This document shows positions 35,685 through 47,750 of a stretch of 64,000 nt of DNA, in pieces. This stretch comes from Haliotis rufescens (Eukaryota). The stretch is from contig NW_025963857.1 of the NCBI RefSeq assembly GCF_023055435.1, positions 30,070,001 through 30,134,000 on the forward strand, read 5' to 3'. The notes beneath the pieces were generated by a model. The model did not search any database. It was not told the DNA's origin and saw only the letters and a list, made by a program, of their open reading frames with translations. The position numbers and the translations under genes were made by a program. Each line of letters begins with the position of its first letter. Positions within the stretch are counted from its first letter, which is position 1.

Positions 35685-36487
35685 ATATTCTAATGAAAGT
35701 CCAAGGTTACCCGTGTCTGAAGAATTAAGTGATATATTCTAATGAAAGTCCAAGGTTACCCGTGTCTGAAGAATTAAGTGATATATTCTAATGAAAGTCC
35801 AAGGTTACCCGTGTCTGAAGAATTAAGTGATATATTCTAATGAAAGTCCAAGGTTACCCGTGTCTGAAGAATTAAGTGATATATTCTAATGAAAGCCGGC
35901 ACTTACCAGTGTCTGAAGAATTCAGTGATATATTCTAATGAAAGCCGGCACTTACCTGTGTCTGAAGAATTCAGTGATATATTCTAATGAAAGCCGGCAC
36001 TTACCAGTGTCTGAAGAATTCAGTGATATATTCTAATGAAAGCCGGCACTTACCTGTGTCTGAAGAATTCAGTGATATATTCTAATGAAAGCCGGCACTT
36101 ACCAGTGTCTGAAGAATTCAGTGATATATTCTAATGAAAGCCGGCACTTACCTGTGTCTGAAGAATTCAGTGATATATTCTAATGAAAGCCGGCACTTAC
36201 CTGTGTCTGAAGAATTCAGTGATATATTCTAATGAAAGCCGGCACTTACCAGTGTCTGAAGAATTCAGTGATATATTCTAATGAAAGCCGGCACTTACCA
36301 GTGTCTGAAGAATTCAGTGATATATTCTAATGAAAGCCGGCACTTACCAGTGTCTGAAGAATGTAAGGGCAGGTAATTTACAGCATTTTGGGAAACATAT
36401 ATCTGTTAATGTCGGACGCTATTGTGAAACATAATCTGTGTAATTGGGGTTATCATAAACTGATAGTATGTTTCAAACAGCTTCTGG

Positions 36488-36753
36488 GTGAGTGAGTATG
36501 GTTTACCACCAAACGTTCTCTTATATTCTGTTATATGACGGCGTGTCAGCTTGAGGTGAGAGGAAAATTCGAATTGAATCCGATTTCACTTTATTGAAAC
36601 CCACGAGCACGGGTTTGGGGGATGATAAATCAAGAAACATAAACAAGGGGGGAGCGGAATTTGAATCCTCAATAATAAGTACCTGGCACGTCTAAGGCAC
36701 GCAACTCTTGACAGCGAATTGCGATGCCTTAGACGACTGGGCCGTCCATGCCC
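36488..36753 (-). mobile_element. SINE family C, decayed
   Basis: Collinear with 35406-35684. Confidence 0.85.
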
Positions 36754-37306
36754 TCAAGCAACTACTGAACCAGCAAGATGGGGTCGCACCTGTGTTTAGT
36801 GTGACATATAGAATCAAAATAAAGGAAACTGACATGTTACATATCTCTTATTCATTATCATTCATAGTATACTATCGCTCTCATCCGTAAGCAAGTACGT
36901 CACTTGGATATGTGCTGTCATTATTTGACCTACAGTTCGCCTGTCTGAATCATCTGAATTAGGCTTATTTTCATTGTTCTGTATGAAATTGCGCTGTAAT
37001 TGCCGTGCAACAATGAAATGAAACTCGTTCGAAATAATCTTTCTTTGTCGTTTCGATTACAGCGGAGGCCTACTTTGTAATTGTGTCAATTTAATTTACA
37101 CGTAATTAGAACAATAACATATATTTCAGCAGCGCGTTCGGTTTCAAATTAAACTTGACAGGGTTAGATTTACAGGTAAAAACACAGTATTCTACCATGA
37201 CAACATTTAAAGCGAATTCTTTGGGGTTGGTGAAGATATTGAGTGATTCGACAATGGGTGAGACCAATGTATTGTTTGGGTTGAACACCGATAACGTCCT
37301 TAAACC

Positions 37307-37462
37307 GAGTGAGTGAGTATGGTTTTACGCCATTTTTAGCAATATTCCAGCAATATCACCACGGGGGACACCAGAAATGGGCTTCACACATTGTACCTAA
37401 TGTCGGGAATCGAATCCGGGTCTTCAGCGTGACGAGCGAACGCTTTAACCACTAGGCTACCC
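37307..37462 (-). mobile_element. SINE family A, near full length
   Basis: A-box tagcctagtgg, B-box ggattcgattcc, (cact)n tail. Confidence 0.92.
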
Positions 37463-37879
37463 GAAAGAACATCCACCTACCCCCCACCCCCTTTAAACGA
37501 AGTATGACTCTGTATGTATGTGCTCTGTAAAACATATACTTTACTCGTCTACAAGTTTATGACAAGCATTGGACATGTAGAGCACAGCCACCTCATCAAC
37601 CAACCTGAAGTGGACACCCCTCAAGAAAACTAAACAAGGCTGTCAATATTATGACGTCACACCGCTCATTGCGACGTAGATGATATAAAATCAAAGTTAT
37701 AGAAAAGCTCCTAATTTTAAACTCTCTGTTGTCCTAAAAGCTTGAAATACATTCTCGTTGTCGATTTCCATCGTGTTTTCTGCCCAAAATGTACTGTAAC
37801 ACACACTCTGTATAATGTAGTTACTGCAACTGCGTTTTGTTACCTGTAATTGTACATATGATTATCTTAAAATGCCGAC

Positions 37880-37993
37880 CGAGACCCGGGTTGGGTTCGC
37901 GACATGGGTACAATGTGTGAAGCCCATTTCTTGTGTTCCCCGGTGAAATTGCTGGAATATTGCTAAAAGCGGCGTAAAACCATACTCATTCAC
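37880..37993 (+). mobile_element. SINE family A, 5'-truncated
   Basis: acatgggtacaatgtgtgaagcccatttc..gcggcgtaaaaccatactcattcact. Confidence 0.9.
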
Positions 37994-37997
37994 TAAA

Positions 37998-39293
37998 ATG
38001 ATATAACTGTGCCCCCTCCAATCATAAAAACTGTGCCCCCCTCAATCATACAAACTGTGCCCCCACAACCATATAAACTGTGCCCCCTCCAATCATATAA
38101 ACTGTGCCCCCACCAGTGATGTAAATTCTGCTCCAACCAATTATGTAAACAGTGCCCCACCAATGATGTAAACCGTGCCCCCACAACCATATAAACTGTG
38201 CCCCTCACCAATTCTGTAAACTGTGCCCCACCAATGATGTAAACCGTGCCCCCACAACCATATAAACTGTGCCCCCTCCAATCATATAAACTGTGCCCCA
38301 ATCAGTGATGTTAATTCTGCTCCAACCAATTATGTAAACTGTGCACCACAAATAATATAGACCGTGTCCCACCAATGATATAAACTGTACCCTACCAATC
38401 ATATAAACTGTGCCCCACCAGTGACATAAACTGTGCCCCATAAAGGATATAAACCTGCACCCGCCAATTATTTAAATATTCCTTCACCAATGACATAAAC
38501 CGTGCCCAACAAATGATATAAACTGTGCCCCACCAATGATATAAACTGTGCCCCACCAATGATATAAACTGTGCCCCACCAATGATATAAACTGAGCCCA
38601 AAAATGATATAAACTGTGCCCCCACCAAAGATATAAACTGTGACCCATCAATGATATAAACTGAGCCCCACAATGATATAAACTTTGCCCCACCAATGAT
38701 ATAAACTTTGCCCCACCAATGATATAAACTGTGCCCCACCAATGATATAAACTGTCCCCCACCAATGACATAAACCGTGCCCCACCAATGATATGAACTG
38801 AGCCCCACAATGATATAAACTGTGCCCCACCAATGATATAAACTGTGCCCCACCAATGATATAAACTGTCCCCCACCAATGATATAAACTGTGCCCCACC
38901 AATGATATAAACTGTCCCCCACCAATGACATAAACCGTGCCCCACCAATGATATGAACTGAGCCCCACAATGATATAAACTGTGCCCCACCAAAGATATA
39001 AACTGAGCCCCACAGTGATATAAACTTTGCCCCACCAATGATATAAACTGTGCCCCACCAATGATATGAACTGAGCCCCACTAATGATATAAACTGTGCC
39101 CCACCAATGATATGAACTGTGCCCCACTAATGATATGAACTGTGCCCCACCAATGATATAAACAGTGCCTCACCAATCATATAAAATGTGCCCCACCAAT
39201 CATATAAACTGTGCCCCACCAATGATATAAACAGTGCCTCACCAATTATATAAACTGTGCCCCACCAATAATATAAACTGTGCCCCGCCAATG
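37998..39293. repeat. 22-24-bp minisatellite (~55 copies)
   Basis: ccccaccaatgatataaactgtg repeated; explains ORFs 37993-39127. Confidence 0.97.
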
Positions 39294-39608
39294 TTAGTTT
39301 CCATTCAAACTTTTAATCCAGACATTTTGAAAATCACTCTGGAAGATGACATCAGTTTTGTCAATATTCTCATATGAAACGCATTTAATTCAAATTTACA
39401 TCTTAACAGGTTGGTAACTCCAAGGAAGAGTTTGTGCTAATGTCGTGTATTGGCCGCGGGGATTTTTTCATCAAAATTGACCTACATTTGAACAGTATTA
39501 GCTGCAACTCCAAGATTTTGTATGACGACTACTGTATACACCTAGGCCTGTTTGCCCTGTTTGTACACGTAACATGCTCCCGTGTGGCCAGAATCACCAA
39601 CTGATGTC

Positions 39609-39872
39609 ACCCCGTGGGGATTCAGGGTTAGAATAGGTCAACAGTAACATACAGTGGTCGTAAGAGGTGAAAGAGGTGAAAGAAATTGATCGGGTGGTCA
39701 GACTCGGTGACTTGCTCTCTTGTGTGTCATCGTACCCTGACGGCGTGGATCGTTGCTCATACTATCGATCACTTGATTGTCTGGACCACATTCGATAATA
39801 TACAGGCCGCCGTCATATTCCTGGAATATTGTTGAGAGCGGCGTTAAACAACAAACAAACAAACAAACAAAC
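39609..39872 (+). mobile_element. SINE-like family B, decayed full length
   Basis: ccccgtgggg..gggttagaataggtc..gcggcgttaaacaacaaacaaac. Confidence 0.85.
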
Positions 39873-41644
39873 TTATGTCAACTAAACCACAAAATACCAT
39901 ACACAAAACATTGTATTTGCATATGTTGTTCTTTTATCCAACACCCACCCCACCCACCCCTGTGCATGTAATAAAGACATAAAAATGAAACTTTAAGTAA
40001 TTATTATTAAAAAAATAGTTCAACAATGTGATCTCCTTTGTAGTGTTTAAGAGATTACTACATATCACGGTGATAGTTTCCGAACCACTACACAAAAGTA
40101 TCACACAAATATTTTTCCGACAAAACTTAACAGTCTGGTATCCGGCTTTGTGGCAAGTTGTCAACTGAAATCATACCCTTCATTTCACACAAAACAATTA
40201 AGTGGTATTGCAATCTTTCATCTTTACTAATAATCAGTTTTTTCGGTAAGGAATTACGTTGAACCATCTAAAGTACGTACAAGCTTCGTCATTCGTCCGC
40301 GTGACTGCCCAACGAATTGACTAGCAGTCCCCCGGAAGCAGGCATTAGGAGCTTGTCTGACAGGTGCGCCATTTAAGCACGTGTAATTATTTCCTTTCAG
40401 TTCCCTACATTGCTTGCTGAGACGAGCTACAAATACATGCTAAGATAGGACAGACACTTAATCTGCTAAATTAAAATATGGGCTTACAGATAACAAATTA
40501 ACACGGAACCATTTTCGACAGACAGTTTCATTGTCTTTTAATCGAAGAATAACATTGATCTTCGTAAAGACTGTTTCATGATGGTTCAAAAAAACGTTTC
40601 CAAACGTATCGCTTTGTAATTCCAATCACACAGCCGGGGGCTATATTGCCATCGTGTCGGTATAATCTCTGTTTACCTGGTATGGCACGGGTTGTGTTTT
40701 GCTTAGTTATTTCTCATTGTGGAGTTAGAGTTGATGCACACTGGCTTCATGACCACGAATACCTGAGCCAACTTAATATAGCAGTTTGTAGTGAATACGG
40801 GAAGGTTAAAATCACCTAATGTGCACGGCGATACATCAATATTTACATTAGCAGTTAATAGAGAGTTCTAGTATCGATGTATTAAATGTCCAAACTAATA
40901 TATTAACGGAAGGCAGGTTGATCATGTGGGTCGATCTTAAGTAAATATTATTATTAATGAATGAAAAATATCCCCACATTTTATCACTGTGTATGTTCCA
41001 AACATGTAATTCTATCCTGCTTTGTATCATTGTCACTGCATACATCATATAGAGAAGCTGCAATTCGTCCATGGCAGTATTTTCATACTTAATACAATTT
41101 AATACGGTATTCCTAAATAACATAACCAAAGATATGAATTTAGGATATCTGAAAAAAGCTTCGAAATGTAAGTGTGTAATTCAAAACGTTAATTTAAGTG
41201 TCTAATTTAAACGTCTGAGGGGGCAGGACAAAGGTTTTGATTACTAGTATAATCACTCTCCCTTGTACAAAATAACGAAGAAGGATAGAGAAAGTATACA
41301 CATTAAATATTCTGAATTAAACACTTGCGTTATGATAGAATTAAGACGAATTATTGCTAACATAATATACAAGATAAACTGCAGGAGGATAGATAGAATA
41401 TATACAAACATAACATCGCGAATTAAACACTTGCATCACGGTTATAATAGACTTAAGAAAACTATGGCTAAAATATATAGAAATATAACATCACGAATTA
41501 CACACTTATATCGCGGTTGTTACAGACGTCAGAAGATGGTTCTTGTGTCTGTTCAATTAATTGTTCCAATCAATTTGGTTAGCAGAGCAACATAAAAAAA
41601 CAGTATAAAAGAAATGGCAAATGTTTCAAATTAATTGTTAATAT

Positions 41645-41790
41645 AAAATATATTACGTCAGCGCCAGATAATAATCAGCCCGATCATCTGCCTACATAGA
41701 TTCGACTGGGCACAAAAACGGCAAAGTGAGGTGAATATTATAGGAATGGATCACTGAAAATCAGAGATGACACCGAAAAGAGTAGGAAAT
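41645..41790 (-). repeat. Dispersed repeat E2
   Basis: Reverse reads ggtgtcatctctgattttcagtgatccattc..ggcagatgatc..tctggcgctgacgt. Confidence 0.7.
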
Positions 41791-42544
41791 GTGAATTTGT
41801 GTAGCATTATGTAGGCTAATATTGTTTGCAGCATTTGAGATTTCAAAAGAGGACATGCCAAGACTTTTATTAAATATCTCTTGACAGATTTCCTTTGTAT
41901 CACCGCTCTTTCTCCATTTACCACATAGTATCAATCTTTAGAGTATGTCTTCATAGAACGAGGCACCGCATAGACAACTGAGATGATGTCTCAACTGAAA
42001 CTTGCATCATAGTGTAGCACAGTAAGAATAAACATTTGATAAAATGAACCCAGGTAAATCGCTCAGCTCTAGGTTGCCATATCACATTAACGAATCAATA
42101 CGATGTTCAATCCCTGCGCAGGGTTAAGGGGAATAACTCTTGCCTATCCATGAATATAGGCTTCACTTCAAAGTTCAAAGTCATACAACATAATCAGAAA
42201 ACATTGGTGACGATTAGTTATTGATTCCTGAAAGAGTTTTATGTGATAGTCTTGATAGCAGATGTATAAAAACCAAACGGAGTCTTCCCCTAGAGCTGAG
42301 CAATCTGTTAAGCAAACTAGCGTCTTTGCTAGGCTCTATCTGAAGCAGCTCACTTGATTTGAAATTTCCCGTCATGTTATTGCAGAGGAAGGTCAATACA
42401 CATGTCGTTCTTGGGCGTGCTGATTGGGCTTTCCTCAAAAACTTGGCCGTGGAGGAGAAGAAAAGGAAATTTGGATCTGTACCATCGACGCAAACTTTCA
42501 ACAAATCGTAATTACAACTTTTGATGAAGTGTAATCTGAACAAG

Positions 42545-43230
42545 CATCTCCATGGCGACGACTTGCAGACCGGAAGTAGGGCCTGCCCCGCGTGCGATCA
42601 CCCGCTCTCTTGCCCGTCTCGCGATGTTGAGAATGAAAATGTTACCACTGTGTGCTGATAAAATTCACGCTTAAAATACCTTCTGTTCCTTTCCGCCTTC
42701 TTCCCTGTTTGTGTATTGTGCGTGAGACGACACGGATTATACGTTTAATTTCCTTTAGAGGATAGGTTCCCACACATGCAATGAAATTGATCGACGCCAT
42801 CTTTGAAATCTTTATTCGTCTCCCGCTCTGAAGAGTCAATAATCATTTCATATTATGTCCGTAACACGAAATGCCGTTCCAACAAAATTATTCAGCGCAA
42901 AATGACCAGTGGGAAGATTGAATAGAGTTTGTTGGCACTTCATTAAGTCATTAGGCGCTATTTTCCCCATCAAAGGTGAATACGGCAAACTAGCATGAGC
43001 GGAGGCAGGAAAGAGACCGGTAGGATGGCGGATATTTGGGAGCGAGAGATTCTTCCGTTGCAAGATTAGGCGTTTTTGTAGACAGAGTACAAAGTGGTGT
43101 TTTCGTTCAGAGGTAAATATCCCCCATGATCATCTCCGATACTTGTAGGGTGGCCGCGTTCAGATCAATACTCCACAAACACGTCCACCGGCTTTTCCGA
43201 GTGTATAGCAGACGACTTCCGGTCTAAAAA
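42545..43230. promoter_or_regulatory. CpG-rich housekeeping-type promoter candidate
   Basis: accggaagt (42569) and acttccggt (43215) ETS sites in opposite orientation; catggcg and cgccatcttt YY1-like sites. Confidence 0.45.
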
Positions 43231-43737
43231 GCTACACGAGTCTTCGCTTGATGGCTGCATCAATGACTTATTAGTTCTGTTAAGTGAACTGATCAATTGG
43301 ACGCCACTAGAAAGTCATTAAATGAACCGAGTAGCTCTTTTGTGAAATCAGAACATTCCCGTTGCTATTTCCTGAATTAGGCTGACATCAATGTATACAC
43401 TTATTACCCATCTTCGTGTGCGTGAATCTGTATTTGACTACACTCGGTATATAAGTGTGAGTCAATGAAATTTCCTGCAAGCACCAAGGGGGTTGGATGG
43501 GTTGAGATTATCCCACCTTATCGTTTATTAAGGCTTTTAATCAGCTGTAAAGAATGCAGACTTAACTCTTGACAAAACAAAAAATGAGCACACATTCAGA
43601 TTTGTCGTTACTGAGATACTTGTGGGGAAATATCTACGTTTGTTTTTAAACTGTGATTGAAATGGTTATAAGGAAAGGGAATATTGAATTATATACTTTA
43701 AAAATTGTTAAATTGTGAAACACAAAAATATTGAAGT

Positions 43738-43903
43738 GGGGCGGTCGGGTAGCCTAGTGGTTAAAGCGTTCCCTCGTCACGCCGTAGACCCGGGTTCGAT
43801 TCCCGACATGAGTACAAGGTGTGGAGCCCATTTCTGGTGTCCCCCGCCGTGCTATTGCTGGAATATTGCTAAAAGCGGCGTAATTATCACTCACTTACTC
43901 ACT
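43738..43903 (+). mobile_element. SINE family A, full length
   Basis: ggggcggtcgggtagcctagtggttaaagcgttc..gggttcgattccc..gctggaatattgctaaaagcggcgtaa..cactcact. Confidence 0.93.
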
Positions 43904-44278
43904 TGCAACGTTGTATGCATGTTTAACAAGATCTTGTAACGACCTTTTTCAACTGTTCATTTTGTTGTTCCTACACAATGAAATACTCGATTAAAATGAT
44001 TAAATAATCATCTGTACCATGACGTTCTTAGTTTTCAAAATTATTGTATTATCGCGTGTTGGAGGTTGGAATACAACATGCATAAAAGGTTTTATGTAAC
44101 CTACATGTGAGTGTTGTAAACGAAATGTCAATGATATCAGAGGTTTATATCTAACGAAAACAAACGTATTCTCCTGATACAAATAGTGATTATTGTGTGC
44201 AGTGTTTCGTGCTTGTTGAGAGTGATTGTTCATGATCTAAATCGTGATTTATGCTCTTCTGTTTATAGATAGTCATAG

Positions 44279-45020
44279 AGGGACAGGGGTGACCGAGTCT
44301 TTGAGGCGCCGGGATTCGCTGTGAAGAATCGGGCCTTAAGTGTGCAAGAAAGCTGAGGCTACGATCGTGGGTTCGAATCCCGGTTCGCCCTGATTATGTT
44401 TTATGTTTGTCTAAGGTGCAGAGTTGTGTCCCTAAGGCGTGTCAGACACTCATGGTCATGGGTTCGAATCCCGGTTCGCCCTGATTATGTTTTATGTTTG
44501 TCTAAGGTGCAGAGTTGTGTCCCTAAAGCATGTCAGACACCCATGGTCATGGGTTCGAATCCCGGTTCGCCCTGATTATGTTTTATGTTTGTCTAAGGTG
44601 CAGAGTTGTGTCCCTAAGGCGTGTCAGACACCCATGGTCATGGGTTCGAATCCCGGTTCGCCCTGATTATGTTTTATGTTTGTCTAAGGTGCAGAGTTGT
44701 GTCCCTAAGGCGTGTCAGACACCCATGGTCATGGGTTCGAATCCCGGTTCGCCCTGATTATGTTTTATGTTTGTCTAAGGTGCAGAGTTGTGTCCCTAAG
44801 GCGTGTCAGACACCCATGGTCATGGGTTCGAATCCCGGGTCGCCCTGATTATGTTTTATGTTTGTCTAAGGTGCAGAGTTGTGTCCCTAAGGCGTGTCAG
44901 ACACCCATGGTCATGGGTTCGAATCCCGGTTCGCCCTGGTTGTGTGTTTATGTCTGTCAGCACCATACCCGTACTCGTGGGATTACCAAACTGATACATG
45001 TCTAAGACCTGTATCGCTTC
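44279..45020 (+). mobile_element. SINE family C carrying an internal 91-bp tandem array
   Basis: Head at 44279, body resumes after the array at ~44940 (gtcagcaccatacccgt..agacctg). Confidence 0.88.
44370..44937 (+). repeat. 91-bp tandem repeat, ~6.3 copies, each with a Pol III B-box
   Basis: gggttcgaatcccgg recurs seven times at 91-bp spacing. Confidence 0.97.
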
Positions 45021-45278
45021 AGATAGGAGGCTGACTGAACTGAACTGAACTTTATGACGCTCAGGTCGCTAGCATTGAATTGTATAGAGGTAGAATTCAA
45101 GTATTGATTGTACGAAAGTTATGCACACGAAAACAATATTACAATGGCATGAACATATTTTCAGAGCAGTACAGGTACAGAACATAACTCAAAATTTGAA
45201 CCAACAGTTATTGAATATTCTTTCCAGGTTTTAACTTTACAATGGCACGCCGTTATAATAATGAAGAACTGTTCAAAG

Positions 45279-45420
45279 NNNNNNNNNNNNNNNNNNNNNN
45301 NNNNNNNNNNNNNNNNNNNNNNNNNNNNNNNNNNNNNNNNNNNNNNNNNNNNNNNNNNNNNNNNNNNNNNNNNNNNNNNNNNNNNNNNNNNNNNNNNNNN
45401 NNNNNNNNNNNNNNNNNNNN
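45279..45420. other. Assembly gap (N run)
   Basis: Continuous n bases. Confidence 1.
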
Positions 45421-47179
45421 TCGGTACCGGTAACGCTCCTGAAAACAGATTTACATGAAATACACACCAACTCTGAATTAGACAGGTCTGTTATTGATCT
45501 CTGGTATATAAAGAGTCAGGACAAAGAGTTATGGAAGTCCATGTTCCGTCAATACACGAGCGTATTGATATTGTCGAGTATTATCTGGCATCACCTTTCC
45601 GAAAAAAACATGGTTTTGATTTTGTTAAGACTTAAAGTTAATAGAAATAAATATGACTTCTGAAAACTCCTCTTTGAAGTATGAGGTGATTAATCAAACC
45701 GCTTTTATAACAACACATATTCAACGGCCCAGCGTGAAAATACAACTGTACATGCGACCTAAGAATCACAATCATAATAACACGCTTTTTATCATTAACT
45801 CTGGAAATGCATTTCGGACAATTTAATTGAATAATTAACTTGAAATTGTGCACCTTTCCAGAGGCGATTATTGCCACGAGTCAAATATAAATCCTGATAT
45901 TAAATCTGATCCAGTGTAATCAAGCGTTATATGAAACGATCAGTCCACACAAGTGTAGTCCTACTCATTGTTTGTGAGGGGTGGAAGATCTTCATATCAC
46001 TTGCACGCTCAAAGGGCTGCACGTGAGTGCGCCGTGCACGTGAGTGCTGCACGCGCGATATCCGAGACATGCGCACATCGCTGGAACAAAACGTGACGAC
46101 ATCATACTGTCGTGCTCCGAGGTCTGCGAGGGGCGAATACAAACATATCAAGATACTTCAACGAGGGATCCGTTCAAAGTTTTAATGCAAAATAAAAGTC
46201 GGACAATGGACATGTTTGCCTGCGGACACAATGGGATGACAGTAGCCATTGATCCGGTACTGTTTCCCCATAAACCAGGTCCAGCAAGGACTTCAGCTGA
46301 ACCAAATTATGTTGAAAGTGGATATTGTTTAGGAGGTAACTATACAAGCATGTATATATCCATTAACGACATACACAAGAACTAAAGTACAATTGTTTGT
46401 CACTAGATACTCCAACGTCATGAATAATGTTTCCCTATAGACTAAATTAAACAAGGACCTTAGCCGAAACAACTGTATAAACTGACGGCCATAATTAGAT
46501 ATACACCAAAAACATTATTTGACCCCACAATGGCAAACGTTTTCAAAACGTTACTCGGCTGAAAACAGTCATAAAAAAACACAGCAAACTTAAGGTCCAA
46601 AACACAACTGTGATACCCGTGTAAATTACATCACTATCGAATATAATTCTTTTTTTCATTTTAGCTAGCATCAAACAAGGGTATATATTTTATTTGCCCG
46701 GGAGTTTATTTTGAACGTGAATATGTTTTTAAAGTTTGCTATGCGTGTTAAACATACAACAACGGGAGCACTGATACGGGGGCTGTATCACCATATATGG
46801 TAATGCCATGAATAAACACCATTGTGTCCCCATAGATCAAACAATGACTTTTGTTGGAAGTAAACACAGTTATGTTGAAGTATGAGAATATTGTTTATAT
46901 AGCTAATACGAAACCTTGGCTCGAGAGATTTGCAATTTTGAAAATACATTGTCACAGTAAATTGTGAAATCATACACAATTTTGAGAAAATGCCATGGCA
47001 GGACAGGTCATTTATATATCAAGATACTTATCATATATGTAAAAACATATCATGTTAACAATCTACAGTGAAATTTCGTAAGATAAAACCCCGTTTATCC
47101 GAATAAAACTTCCAGTTGCTACGTCCATGTGTATACATAGGTTATGGGTCATTCCTATGACTCGGTAATCGGGACGATT

Positions 47180-47750
47180 TTAATCAGGAACGGTACCATC
47201 TGTGTTAATCGTGGGTGTCAATCGGGAACGGTACCGTTCGTAATAACTGTTGGTATCAATCGGGAACTGTACCGTTCGTAATAACTGTTGGTATTAATCG
47301 GGAACGGTACTGTTCGTTATAACTGTTGGTATTAATCGGGAACGGTACCGTTCGTAATAACTGTTGGTATTAATCGGGAACGGTACCGTTCGTAATTAAC
47401 TGTTGGTATTAATCGGGAACGGTACCGTTCGTAATTAACAGTTGGTATTAATCGGGAACGGTACCGTTCGTAATTAACTGTTGGTATTAATCGGGAACGG
47501 TACCGTTCGTAATAACTGTTGGTATTAATCGGGAACGGTACCGTTCGTAATTAACTGTTGGTATTAATCGGGAACGGTACCGTTCGTTATAACTGTTGGT
47601 ATTGATCGGGAACGGTACCGTTCGTAATTAACTGTTGGTATTAATCGGGAACGGTACCTTTCGTAATAACGGCGTGTATCAAGCGGGAATGATACCGTCC
47701 GTATTAAAGAGGTTTTCAATCGGTAACGGTGCCGTCCGAATTAACGGGAG
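47180..47750. repeat. 38/39-bp minisatellite with 14-bp palindrome, ~13-15 copies
   Basis: ttaatcgggaacggtaccgttcgtaa(t)taactgttggta; gaacggtaccgttc is a perfect palindrome. Confidence 0.97.

Larger units (their letters stand above)
34770..36365. repeat. 49-bp minisatellite interrupted by two SINEs
   Basis: gtgtctgaagaatt(a/c)agtgatatattctaatgaaag.. period 49. Confidence 0.95.

Noticed and set aside
35700-36360. Hammerhead ribozyme in the 49-bp satellite (CTGAAGA..GAAA in every unit)
   Set aside because: Stem II is at most 4 A-U pairs and is lost in the major variant; stems I and III cannot be formed convincingly; the motif is better explained by an internal ctga(a/t)gaa dimer.
37993-39127. 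Gly/Trp/His-rich ORFs on the minus strand
   Set aside because: Translations of a 22-24-bp minisatellite.
43738-43815. tRNA genes (also 63739 and other SINE heads)
   Set aside because: A/B boxes continue into SINE bodies and tails in many diverged copies; no intact cloverleaf with terminator.
47180-47750. CRISPR-like palindromic repeats
   Set aside because: No unique spacers, no cas genes, eukaryotic context.
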